Virus record (IMG/VR): IMGVR_UViG_3300042541_000733
Location: 1 to 63,401 of that record
DNA length: 63,401 nt
Strand: one strand, 5' to 3'
DNA from: a virus
Lineage: Duplodnaviria > Caudoviricetes
Under the pieces are notes generated by a model. That model was not told the origin of the DNA. It searched no databases and saw nothing but the letters and a program-made list of their open reading frames with translations. The first letter of the stretch is position 1; each line of letters starts with the position of its first letter. Of this stretch, positions 26,079 to 35,834 are shown piece after piece. Position numbers and translations under genes: made by a program.

Positions 26079-26152
26079 GCCTCTATAGTATAGTGGTAGA
26101 ACAATCCTTTGGTAGGGGATTGGCTCCAGTTCGATTCTGGATAGAGGCACCA
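26079..26152 (+). tRNA. tRNA-Thr(GGT)
   Basis: Cloverleaf with CCA. Confidence 0.88.
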
Positions 26153-26167
26153 TATAAATAGTTAAAT

Positions 26168-26254
26168 GCTGGCTTGGCTGAACGGCTGAAGGCAACGGTT
26201 TTGTAATCCGTCGGAGTAATCCCATTGCAGGTTCGAATCCTGTGGCCAGCACCA
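26168..26254 (+). tRNA. tRNA-Thr(TGT) with long variable arm
   Basis: Loop TTTGTAA, G1:C72 and C2:G71, 15-nt variable region, CCA. Confidence 0.78.
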
Positions 26255-26274
26255 TCTTTTTTAGGAACTTAATA

Positions 26275-26769
26275 ATGATTAGAAAGCATCTCGACCTAGA
26301 CGCCGTTCGCGCGTTTATTCATGAACAATCTCCAGAAACAAAGGTATATCTAGGCGGCGACTCAGAACGTTTTCAGATTGACGGTGTGTGGTATGCTGAC
26401 TACATCAACGTGGTAGTTGTTCACAAGAACGGCAAGAACGGTTGTAAGGTGTTTGGTGGTATAGTGCGTGAGCGCGACTATGACCAGCAGAAGGACAAGC
26501 CTCGTATGCGCCTTATGAATGAAGTGATGAAGACCGCGCAGCTATACATAGACCTTGAAGAAGCTCTGGAAGATCGTGTGGTTGAAATCCATCTTGATAT
26601 CAATCCAGATTCAAAGCATGGTTCTTCATGTGTTATAAACGAAGCTGTTGGTTACATTCGTGGTATGTGTAACATCATACCTCTGGTCAAGCCAAATGCT
26701 TGGGCAGCTTCATACTGTGCTGATCGATTCAATGACGCAATTTGGAATGCTAAGAAGGAAGTAGCCTAA
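26275..26769 (+). CDS. RNase H-like YkuK (DUF458) family protein
   Basis: VYLGGDSE, EIHLDIN, ASYCADR. Confidence 0.75.
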   Translation: MIRKHLDLDAVRAFIHEQSPETKVYLGGDSERFQIDGVWYADYINVVVVHKNGKNGCKVFGGIVRERDYDQQKDKPRMRLMNEVMKTAQLYIDLEEALEDRVVEIHLDINPDSKHGSSCVINEAVGYIRGMCNIIPLVKPNAWAASYCADRFNDAIWNAKKEVA

Positions 26770-26966
26770 TGTTTATCAAGCTAACGAATATGGTTCCTGA
26801 ACGAAAAGGTGATCCTCTATATCTCAATGTAAATCATATCAAAGTGGTATATGAGGATCACGTTCCTGGCGGCAGCCTTTTAACTCAAGTCCATGCGGAA
26901 AATGTTACATGGTCAGTCGAAGAAAGTCTTGGTGAAGTAATGAAGTTAATTGGAGAAGCAGTTTAA
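26769..26966 (+). CDS. FlbD-like small protein
   Basis: MFIKLT...LNVNHI...VEESLGEV pattern. Confidence 0.55.
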   Translation: MFIKLTNMVPERKGDPLYLNVNHIKVVYEDHVPGGSLLTQVHAENVTWSVEESLGEVMKLIGEAV

Positions 26967-27392
26967 ATGGCTAGATTTCTCGTTATGGTATGCGTTGTAA
27001 TCTTTGCAATCTATATGTTAGTTGTTGGAGCTAAAGCAGAAGTAGTTATTACTATTGTAAAATCACAACAGATGATGTATGTCGAAACTTTAAACGATAC
27101 ATATGAGTGGCCAATTTCTACGGGTCGAGAAGGATACAATACACCGTCTGGAGAATATCGCCCCTATCTTCTTAAGAAGATCCACTACAGCAAGAAGTAT
27201 GATAACGCTCCGATGCCTTGGTCAATTTTCTTTCATGAGGGATACGCAATTCACGCTACATATGATATACATAATCTTGGATCTCCGGCGTCTCATGGTT
27301 GTGTTAGACTTGCACCTCGTGAAGCTCAGTGGCTCTATAGGCTAGTTAAAGACGAAGGATCTGAAAATACGTTTATCTACATTCATGATTAG
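26967..27392 (+). CDS. L,D-transpeptidase (YkuD domain)
   Basis: ISTG, TPSG, AIH, SHGCVRL; N-terminal signal or anchor. Confidence 0.9.
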   Translation: MARFLVMVCVVIFAIYMLVVGAKAEVVITIVKSQQMMYVETLNDTYEWPISTGREGYNTPSGEYRPYLLKKIHYSKKYDNAPMPWSIFFHEGYAIHATYDIHNLGSPASHGCVRLAPREAQWLYRLVKDEGSENTFIYIHD

Positions 27393-27481
27393 GAAGGTTG
27401 GCCGAGCGGCCGAAGGCACCTCACTGCTAACGAGGCGTACCTTAATCGGTACCGTGGGTTCGAATCCCACACCTTCCACCA
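27392..27481 (+). tRNA. tRNA-Ser(GCT)
   Basis: Type II cloverleaf with CCA; A73. Confidence 0.88.
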
Positions 27482-27485
27482 ACAT

Positions 27486-27517
27486 AATAGGCGTCCATTA
27501 GGGCGCCTATTTTTGTT
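27486..27517 (+). terminator. Intrinsic terminator closing the tRNA array
   Basis: AATAGGCGTCC-ATTA-GGGCGCCTATT then T tract. Confidence 0.85.
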
Positions 27518-27559
27518 ATGCTAAATACTGAAGAACAAAAACTAATAAGAGGTCGACTG

Positions 27560-28861
27560 ATGCGTTCTTTACAGGAAATTTTGACAGAAACAAACAATAA
27601 CCTAAGAAGAAAAATTCTCGGTGAAGCAAAACTAAACGCTAAGGCAGCATCACCTATTGGGGCTCGACACATTGAAAAGTATGTTGATCCGTATCTTCCT
27701 AAAGGTGACAGACATGCGCCTGATACCCATGAGTTGGAAAAAGATCATGATGGTATTCCAAAAGGAACAAGACTTACGGTCAAGCGCAAAGAAATAGATA
27801 AACATGGCGTTACCCACATACATGCTATACCTTCTGGTAGCACAAGAACTGTTAAAATTCCTTTAAGCTCTATTCGTAAGCCAAGCGACAAAGATGGCAA
27901 ACATAATGAAGAACATGCTGTAAAGAAGGTATGGAATCACTTTTCGGGAATGAACGCAAAAGATAAGAGTAAACACAGCCTTGATAGCACGTTAGCTGAA
28001 ATTGATAAGGCAGAAAAAGATCCGAAACATCCTCTACACATCAAGAATGCTGAAGACCACGAGTTTTCTGGTAAGATTTCAGGCAATAACAAAAAAGTAG
28101 GTACTTCGGAATCTCATAATCTTGCAAGAAAGACATACTATCAAAATCTAAGAGATGCTGCACATACTGTACATGGAATGAGAAATCATCCAGACTTTTC
28201 TGATCACTATAAAGATGGTGATTCCATGGAACATTCTGGCAAAGCAAAGCCTAAACTATCTAAGCATTATCTAAGCAAAGGTGTGACTGGAGCCGGAGCA
28301 ACTTCAAAAGGTGATGCTCTGATCATCAGGTCGAAAAAAGGTACGAAAGGTGTTAAAGCCATCTCGTTCAAAAAGACAGGCAACTCACAACTAATGTCTT
28401 CAAGTCCTGCAGAATTTCATGCCATCTATAGCCATGCTATGAAGAAAGGCAAGATCGACACACCTGAAAATGAAGAACACCTGCAGAAGGTCAGAAAACA
28501 TATGGAAGCCGGAGACCACGAACGCGCCCATAAAATTGTACAGAAACTTCACGATAAACATCCAGATCTGATTCATCATGTTGCCGAAGAAGCACTGACA
28601 GGTAATGGCAAGTTTGCAACCGAAGAAGGTCGCGCGACACATATTGCTGAGATTGGTAAAGATGCTAAAGTTATGACTACAAAAGAATTCTTAAAGGCAC
28701 ATAGAGAACCAATCTCTAGATTGAGACCAAGAATTCGAAAGAGTAAGCACCTTGGTGGAACAAAAGCTACCGGAAGCCTTGAAACACCAAAGCTGCCTAA
28801 AAGACCTAAAATTGCAGAAAAAGTCAAAGCTGTCATTAAGAAAAGAATGAAGAAAGATTGA
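27560..28861 (+). CDS. Basic His-rich protein with putative PD-(D/E)xK-like nuclease motif
   Basis: TSKGD...AISFKK...QLMS; N-terminus MRSLQEILTE; GAGG RBS. Confidence 0.55.
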   Translation: MRSLQEILTETNNNLRRKILGEAKLNAKAASPIGARHIEKYVDPYLPKGDRHAPDTHELEKDHDGIPKGTRLTVKRKEIDKHGVTHIHAIPSGSTRTVKIPLSSIRKPSDKDGKHNEEHAVKKVWNHFSGMNAKDKSKHSLDSTLAEIDKAEKDPKHPLHIKNAEDHEFSGKISGNNKKVGTSESHNLARKTYYQNLRDAAHTVHGMRNHPDFSDHYKDGDSMEHSGKAKPKLSKHYLSKGVTGAGATSKGDALIIRSKKGTKGVKAISFKKTGNSQLMSSSPAEFHAIYSHAMKKGKIDTPENEEHLQKVRKHMEAGDHERAHKIVQKLHDKHPDLIHHVAEEALTGNGKFATEEGRATHIAEIGKDAKVMTTKEFLKAHREPISRLRPRIRKSKHLGGTKATGSLETPKLPKRPKIAEKVKAVIKKRMKKD

Positions 28862-30093
28862 TGATCAACTACACAGAATATCTTACTGAGAGTAAAGAAG
28901 GCAAGAATCTCCATCTAGAGCATCTTGAAGATGAGGTACTCAATGGTGGAGTTCTCGGCACACGTGGAGCAATCAACTTTCTACAATCTCTAAGAGACAT
29001 GCTTGCAGGTCACGCTAAAACACATGTGAACATTACAACGAAATGGGATGGTGCACCTTCAATTTTTGCTGGCATCAATCCAGAAAATGGCAAGTTCTTT
29101 GTTGGTACAAAAGGTGTGTTTGCACAGAATGCAAAACTGAACTACACGAAAGCAGACATCGATAAGAATCATCCTGGTGAAGGTCTTAATGCAAAGTTAA
29201 AAATTGCATTGGAGTATCTACCTGAATTAAATATTCATGGTGTTCTTCAAGGCGATATGATGTTTACAAGTTCAGACTTGAAGACTGTACAGATTGATGG
29301 TCAGTCTTTTGTTACCTTTCAACCAAACACTATTGTCTATGCTGTGCCTGTCAATTCAGAGTTAGCGAAGAATCTTCATGCTGCGAAGATGGGTATTGTT
29401 TGGCATACAACTTATGCAGGCAAGACACTAGCAAATATGAGAGCATCATTTGGTGCTAATATTTCAAATTTACGAGCGACTAAGAACGTATGGTTTAGAG
29501 ATGCTTCTTATGTTGATGCTTCTGGTACAGCTACATTTACAGAAGACGAAACAAAAATATTGAATTCTATTCTTGCTCAAGCAGGATCTCTATTTAGAAC
29601 CATATCACCAAAAACGCTCAACATAATCGCAACAAACGATATATACAAGATTCCTATCAAGACATGGAACAATTCCAAAGTTCGTGCTGGACAAGAAATT
29701 ACCAACACTGCTTCTCATGTTGCAGGTCTTATTGCCAGTATTGAAGAGAAGCTTAATCGTAATATTCTTGATGCTAAGAAAGCCGATACAAAGCGAAACC
29801 GTGAGCAGGAAAAGAAAATTATTATGGACTTCTATCGTTCCCATAAAAACGAATTGAAAAAAATATTCGATTTACAGAACATTTTGGTTCGGGCAAAGAA
29901 CATGATTGTTCGTAAGTTGCAAATGGCAAAAGATGCATTCGGAACATATCTACGTGTCGATAATGGATACAAAATTACTAATGCGGAAGGTTTTGTTGCT
30001 ATTGACAAGATCAGTGGTAATGCTGTAAAATTAGTAGATAGATTGGAATTTTCACAGGCAAACTTTAATGCCACAAAGACATGGGACAAATGA
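28861..30093 (+). CDS. Conserved T4-like protein with ligase-type nucleotidyltransferase motifs
   Basis: KWDG (I), LQGD (III), EGFV (IV), VKLV (V). Confidence 0.65.
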   Translation: MINYTEYLTESKEGKNLHLEHLEDEVLNGGVLGTRGAINFLQSLRDMLAGHAKTHVNITTKWDGAPSIFAGINPENGKFFVGTKGVFAQNAKLNYTKADIDKNHPGEGLNAKLKIALEYLPELNIHGVLQGDMMFTSSDLKTVQIDGQSFVTFQPNTIVYAVPVNSELAKNLHAAKMGIVWHTTYAGKTLANMRASFGANISNLRATKNVWFRDASYVDASGTATFTEDETKILNSILAQAGSLFRTISPKTLNIIATNDIYKIPIKTWNNSKVRAGQEITNTASHVAGLIASIEEKLNRNILDAKKADTKRNREQEKKIIMDFYRSHKNELKKIFDLQNILVRAKNMIVRKLQMAKDAFGTYLRVDNGYKITNAEGFVAIDKISGNAVKLVDRLEFSQANFNATKTWDK

Positions 30094-30785
30094 AGCTAGA
30101 TCATTATCTTAAGACTCACAAGAAAGAAATCCGAACTCTCAATGTATGGGACATCGATGACACTCTTGGCAAGACGGATGCTAAAGTTAAGGTTGTAAAG
30201 AATGGCAAAGTCATTCACGTTTTAGATCCAAAAGCCTTCAATCATTATCAACTTCAACATGATGAGGTATTTGATTTCTCAGAGTTCAGATCAGGTAAAG
30301 TATTTCGTAATACATTCAAACCTATCAATAGTATTCTAGATCGTGCAAAAAATATTGTCATGAACCAGACTGAAAACTCCCACTCAATCATTCTGACAGC
30401 TCGGGCTGATTTCGAAGATCATCATGAATTCCTGCAAGCATGGAGAGATCATGGTTTTCCTATCGATCACGTTTACGTAGAACGTTCAGGCAATCTGTCC
30501 AATCTTAATTCTTCTATGCCCGCACATATCAACAAGGGTGTCATTCTCAAAAAGTATCTCGCATCTGGTAAATTTGATCGAATTCGCATGTGGGATGATC
30601 ATAAAGCTAATCTAGACATGCTCTTTAAAGTTGCAGAGATGTTTCCTAACATTGAAGCGATTGGATACCTTGTCAAGGGAGATAAGGTAACGCGATACAA
30701 CCACAGCAAAAAACATGTTGCTGAAGAAGTGAAGTCGGCAGTTCGTAGTGCTGTAAAACGTAAAGCATACGGGATCAATATCTAA
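30090..30785 (+). CDS. HAD-superfamily phosphatase
   Basis: DIDDT, LTAR, K, WDD motifs. Confidence 0.8.
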   Translation: MKLDHYLKTHKKEIRTLNVWDIDDTLGKTDAKVKVVKNGKVIHVLDPKAFNHYQLQHDEVFDFSEFRSGKVFRNTFKPINSILDRAKNIVMNQTENSHSIILTARADFEDHHEFLQAWRDHGFPIDHVYVERSGNLSNLNSSMPAHINKGVILKKYLASGKFDRIRMWDDHKANLDMLFKVAEMFPNIEAIGYLVKGDKVTRYNHSKKHVAEEVKSAVRSAVKRKAYGINI

Positions 30786-30829
30786 GAATACTAAATACCT
30801 CTATAGATATAACATCCTGTAGAGGGACA

Positions 30830-33571
30830 ATGAAAATTAAATCAAAAACGGTACCACAGAAGGTACCTGGTGTAGCGTTCTACGGCAAAGCCCGTATTCC
30901 TCAACGAGGACACAGAACAGCAGTCGATCAGGGCAAGCAACTTGCCCAAAAAGTAGGCGGTAAGCTGACCGTCGGACTGTCAGGTGCAGCAGAACCCCTA
31001 GATATTCTCACAAAGAAAGCACTAGCTGAGAAGCTATTTAATCATCCAGTTCATGTTGGAACACCAGAAACACGAAGCCTTCATCATTTCTTAACACACA
31101 TGAATCAACATCATGATGATCTTCATCTGATAGCAGGTTCTGATCGTGTGCCAGAATACCAAGAATATCTGAAAAAATATAATGGTAGACCTAATAAAAA
31201 AGGTCAAATAGATTTCAACTTCAAAAGTTGGAAAGTTCATACTGCTGGTGGTAATCGCACAGAAAGTAATAAAGATCCTCGCGACATGTCTGAGGATGAA
31301 CTGACATCCACTGTGTCGGCATCTAAGCTTGAAAAATTGGCCAAAGAAGGCAATTGGGAACACTTTAAAGCATATCACGCAGGAGTACCTACTGCACATG
31401 TTCGCAAAGTATACTCTCAAATTCGAAAGTTTCATAGCATTAATGAAGCTGCTACCATTAGAGAAGAAATCACACGCAAAGAACTAGCACCAATGCTGGA
31501 CTCATTCGTAAGCTTTGCATCTAAAAAATTAGGCATCAAATCGCTTCCATCTGTTCGTCATAAAGATGAAAACGACGATTACAATTCATTTGCCGCATAC
31601 AATCCCTCAAAGAATGAACTTTCTATTTCAACGAAGAGCCGTCATCCAATGGATGTGTTTCGTTCGATAGCACATGAGCTTGTGCATCATAAGCAGAATG
31701 AAGAAGGTCGTATTGGCAAAGATATCGCTAAAGAAGGCGATACAGGTTCTGATATTGAGAATGAAGCAAACGCAGAAGCTGGTAAAGTAATGCGTTGGTT
31801 TGCAAAAGAGAACCCACATATGTTTTCCAAAGATCACATTATTGAGGAAACAATCTCTGAAGGAATCAATGATCCAGGTAAGATGAAAGCTATATTCTTA
31901 GCTGGTGGTCCTGGTTCTGGTAAAGATTATGTAATGAACTCTGTTCTTCAGGGTGAAGGATTGCGTGAAGTTAATTCTGACGTTGCTTTTGAATTTCTAA
32001 TGCAGAAGAATGGTCTTGATCTTGAAATGCCAGAAAATGAAAGAGTTGAGCGTGAGGTAATTCGTAAAAAAGCCAAGAAGACTACACGTAAGCGCGAGAC
32101 TGAATATCTAAGAGGCCGTTTAGGTGTTATCATCAATGGCACTGCTGATGATATTGAAAAAATTAAACTCATCAAACAAAGACTTGAATATGGTGGCTAC
32201 GAAACAATGATGGTGTTTGTCAATACATCCAATGATGTATCCAGACAACGCAATGTTGAGCGTGGTAAGATGGGCAAGCGTAAAGTTCCTGATGGCACTG
32301 ACAAGCAAGGAATAGCCGATAACTCACCAGACATTCGTACAGAAAAGTGGAAAGCTGCTCAAGAAAATATTGGTGAACTGCAAAAGATTTTTGGCAATCA
32401 AAAATTTGCTGTCATCGACAATACTGTAGATACCCGTAATGCTTTACCTGACGAGAAGTTAAAAGTACAAGCTGATTTTGATCGCGTTCGTCGTATGGCA
32501 CAACAGTTTGTTCGTGCTGATAACAAGAATCCGCGTTCTCAAAAGTGGATCGAACAAGAAGCAGAGCGCCGTGGTATCACTCAATATCAGGCACCAAAAA
32601 GCTTTAAGACGCTAACACAAATTCGTCAAGATATTACACCAATGCCAAAACATATGCCAGATAACGAAGTAATGGTACAAGCAAGACGGTTAGGTCTTTC
32701 GTACTATGGTTTCGGTAGATTTGGTCGCAAAGTTAACGGTAAGAATCATGTTCTATACCATAGTCAAGGAAATAATCTCGTGAGAGTAATGAATGAAGAT
32801 AAAGATCCATACTGCATACCTGTGAACGAGAAGTTCGAAGAGTTTATGAAAGAAGCAAAAGGCAATAAACCTTCTGAACGTGAAGAAGGTACAAAATCGC
32901 TTGTCAAAGTGTATGCTCAAGAAATACCAGGTCAAGAGATCATTGCAAAAGATGGTGTTGGTCCTGAAATTTCAACATCACAAATACCAACAAGAATTGG
33001 AAGTAGTGTAACAGTTTCAGAAAGCATTCATAGCTGGATGAATTCGAATGCCACACAAATTAAATTTCAAACCAAATATGGAAATGTATGGGAAGAAAAG
33101 CTTGTAGAAGCTGCTCTTCGTTTAGAAAAAGCTGGTTGTGGCTGTGATCACAAAGATATGCCAAAAAGCATTAAGAAGCTTATGGAACGTCATATGACAC
33201 CAGAAGAAATGAAAAAGCGTGAAGAGATTGCAAAAGCTATTCATCGTGATAATCCAGAAATGCCTATGTCTAAGAAGATGCGAATTGCTACTGCTCAAGC
33301 TATGAAAGAAGATTGGAAAAAAGTCAATCAACAAGATAACACAGATGGCATGAGTAAAGCTGCGGTTAAAGCATATCGTCGTGAAAATCCTGGATCAAAG
33401 TTATCAACAGCAGTGACAGAACCTAATCCAACTGGCAAGAGAAAAAATAGACAACATTCATTTTGTGCAAGAATGGGCGGTATGCCCGGTCCTATGAAAG
33501 ATAAAAACGGAGAAGATACTCCTAAGGCAGCCTCTCTTAAGAGATGGAATTGCAGACGCAAAAGAAAATAA
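30830..33571 (+). CDS. Multidomain protein: cytidylyltransferase-like, HExxH, P-loop kinase and C-terminal modules
   Basis: QRGH/AGSDR/SASK; AHELVH; LAGGPGSGKD. Confidence 0.8.
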   Translation: MKIKSKTVPQKVPGVAFYGKARIPQRGHRTAVDQGKQLAQKVGGKLTVGLSGAAEPLDILTKKALAEKLFNHPVHVGTPETRSLHHFLTHMNQHHDDLHLIAGSDRVPEYQEYLKKYNGRPNKKGQIDFNFKSWKVHTAGGNRTESNKDPRDMSEDELTSTVSASKLEKLAKEGNWEHFKAYHAGVPTAHVRKVYSQIRKFHSINEAATIREEITRKELAPMLDSFVSFASKKLGIKSLPSVRHKDENDDYNSFAAYNPSKNELSISTKSRHPMDVFRSIAHELVHHKQNEEGRIGKDIAKEGDTGSDIENEANAEAGKVMRWFAKENPHMFSKDHIIEETISEGINDPGKMKAIFLAGGPGSGKDYVMNSVLQGEGLREVNSDVAFEFLMQKNGLDLEMPENERVEREVIRKKAKKTTRKRETEYLRGRLGVIINGTADDIEKIKLIKQRLEYGGYETMMVFVNTSNDVSRQRNVERGKMGKRKVPDGTDKQGIADNSPDIRTEKWKAAQENIGELQKIFGNQKFAVIDNTVDTRNALPDEKLKVQADFDRVRRMAQQFVRADNKNPRSQKWIEQEAERRGITQYQAPKSFKTLTQIRQDITPMPKHMPDNEVMVQARRLGLSYYGFGRFGRKVNGKNHVLYHSQGNNLVRVMNEDKDPYCIPVNEKFEEFMKEAKGNKPSEREEGTKSLVKVYAQEIPGQEIIAKDGVGPEISTSQIPTRIGSSVTVSESIHSWMNSNATQIKFQTKYGNVWEEKLVEAALRLEKAGCGCDHKDMPKSIKKLMERHMTPEEMKKREEIAKAIHRDNPEMPMSKKMRIATAQAMKEDWKKVNQQDNTDGMSKAAVKAYRRENPGSKLSTAVTEPNPTGKRKNRQHSFCARMGGMPGPMKDKNGEDTPKAASLKRWNCRRKRK

Positions 33572-33601
33572 ATATAAAGAAACCTAAAAAGGAAATCAAC
33601 A

Positions 33602-35830
33602 ATGTTTGACAAAAACGATCCACTAATCGGCGCCGTTCAAAAAGTAATGCAGACGAATGCTGCTGAACGTGAAGCCGTTAAGGCAGTAAACGAAAAATTC
33701 GGTGTTCAAGACCGTAAGGTTTTACCGCATGAAAAGCAGAGTGAGTGGGATGCAGCATATAAGGCTGTATTGACAGAATGTGTGGAATCAATTGATGAAG
33801 CAAAAAATAAAAGTCGTGCACCAGGTGTAAATAGTCCTGAGGCATCTAAGATTAGAAAGATTGCTGGACCAGGTCTAGTGCAACATGCACAACCATGGCA
33901 TGAATCTCAAAAAGGTCACGATGTATTTACCCATCATGACCCTGAAAGTGATAAAGTTAGAGCTTTTAAGGTTCATCAACAAACAGGTAAAATTTCTGAA
34001 ATTAAGAATTATGTTCACGGCATGGGTGAAGAAGCACTTGAAGAAATGTCCCTTAAGCAAAGGATGCTTGCTAGAGTAGGAGCAAAAGTAAATCGAAAAG
34101 ATAATCCAAAAACTATTGGAAAAGATGATTTGGAAGGTGCTCGTCAAGGACACGCTTCACATATCAGAGAAGATGAAACTCCAATGACCAAAATGGGCAT
34201 CAAGAAGCCAGACTATGCGCCCGAAGGAGAAACTCCTGATTATGCAAAGTCTAAGGAACAGACACCAAATCGTACAGCTAAGACTTCACTGCCTGCAGGA
34301 ACCTTAAAGAAGGCTATCAAAGAAAATTCTATCACTTCCATTCAAGAAGAAATTTCATACAACCTAGCTGAAGAAGCTTTTGGCATTTATGAAAATAATG
34401 GAACACAAGATTTTGTTGATTACATCGACTCACTAAATGAAGAGCAGCTTGAGCTACTCGGCATGAATGAAGAGTTTATGCAGTTTGTAATCAATGAAGG
34501 TCTTTGGGACTCAATCTCAGCGGGCGCAAGAGGCGCTTGGGACTCTGCTACATTGGGTGGAGGCAAATATGTTTCAGCGGCAGTCAAACACGGTTATAAC
34601 AAGATAACAGGTAAAAAGTCTTCGTATTCAGATGAAGTTGATAAAGAAGATGCCGCAAATAAGAAAGCCGAAAAAGATAATCCAACAGCTTATAATGTTG
34701 GATCTTATGGAGCTGATGCTGCATTGTTAGCAACAGGTGCTGGTGGCATTGCAAGATTTGCCGCAAAACAGGCTCTTAAAGGTGGAGTAAAGTCTGCGGC
34801 TAAATTAGCTGCAAGTAAGCCAAGTGGTGTTGCAAAAGCTGTAAATTCACTTTCAGGCAAATCATTTGGTGCAGGTATTGCAGGTCATGCAGGAGCTGGC
34901 TTAGCAGGACAACATAAAGGACTTAATGAAGATGTAACTTTATTCAAAGAGCAGTTGTCGGATTATCTTTATGAAAACTATACTCTTGAAGAACTAGACG
35001 CCTTAACAGAAGAACAGGTTGATCAGATTGTCAATGAAAATTTGAAAGCAAATGCTTTAGAATATGGTGGCAAACTACTCTCAAAAATTCCTGGTGGTAA
35101 AACTATTGTGGACAGAGCTTCACAATGGATGTCTAGAGGAACTAAAACTGCTGATACAGCATCTGGAACAACAGCTAAAACTGCTGACACAGTAACAGAT
35201 GCCGCAAAGAAAAGTAAGGCAGATGATATTGCAAGTAGCGCAACAAACAGAACAAATGGATCAAACGGAAAAGCTGTATCAGGATCTGAACCTAAACCGC
35301 CGGCAGCTGCAACAGCACAAACCAGAACAGGTAAAGGTCCAAAACAAAATAAACCTCCTGAAACTAAACCAGCTGCTGAAGCTCCAAAACCTGTAGAACC
35401 GCCAAAAGCTCCAGCCTCAAAGGGTCAAAAGGTTCTTGACGCTGTTAAAAAAAATAAGGGCAAACTTGCTGTTGCTGCAGGTGCTGCTGGTGTGACTGCT
35501 GCTGCACTATCCGGAGATTCTACACCTGATGATGCCACAGCACAACAGCAATCAGGAAATGGAAGTTCAGGTCCAAATCGCGCTTCAGGATCTAATCCTG
35601 CAAATCCAGGTTCAGGTTCTTCATCTAAGTCTTCGGACAAGCCATCAGGTACAGTCAAGAAAAAGAAGATGACTTTGAAGCCTAAAGCGGACAGAAACGC
35701 CCCTGGTTCTAGAGAAGCCAGACGTAGGGTTCTAGCAGGCAAAGATGGTGTTGGACCAGAAGGTAAAAAAATGAGAGATAAAGCGGCAACTACACTTGGT
35801 GTAACAACAGGCAAAACAATAAGAAAGTAA
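33602..35830 (+). CDS. Putative internal virion polyprotein
   Basis: Alternating acidic linkers ending (I/L)xE and basic or Gly-Ala segments; late-type ATAAATA upstream. Confidence 0.6.
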   Translation: MFDKNDPLIGAVQKVMQTNAAEREAVKAVNEKFGVQDRKVLPHEKQSEWDAAYKAVLTECVESIDEAKNKSRAPGVNSPEASKIRKIAGPGLVQHAQPWHESQKGHDVFTHHDPESDKVRAFKVHQQTGKISEIKNYVHGMGEEALEEMSLKQRMLARVGAKVNRKDNPKTIGKDDLEGARQGHASHIREDETPMTKMGIKKPDYAPEGETPDYAKSKEQTPNRTAKTSLPAGTLKKAIKENSITSIQEEISYNLAEEAFGIYENNGTQDFVDYIDSLNEEQLELLGMNEEFMQFVINEGLWDSISAGARGAWDSATLGGGKYVSAAVKHGYNKITGKKSSYSDEVDKEDAANKKAEKDNPTAYNVGSYGADAALLATGAGGIARFAAKQALKGGVKSAAKLAASKPSGVAKAVNSLSGKSFGAGIAGHAGAGLAGQHKGLNEDVTLFKEQLSDYLYENYTLEELDALTEEQVDQIVNENLKANALEYGGKLLSKIPGGKTIVDRASQWMSRGTKTADTASGTTAKTADTVTDAAKKSKADDIASSATNRTNGSNGKAVSGSEPKPPAAATAQTRTGKGPKQNKPPETKPAAEAPKPVEPPKAPASKGQKVLDAVKKNKGKLAVAAGAAGVTAAALSGDSTPDDATAQQQSGNGSSGPNRASGSNPANPGSGSSSKSSDKPSGTVKKKKMTLKPKADRNAPGSREARRRVLAGKDGVGPEGKKMRDKAATTLGVTTGKTIRK

Positions 35831-35834
35831 GATA

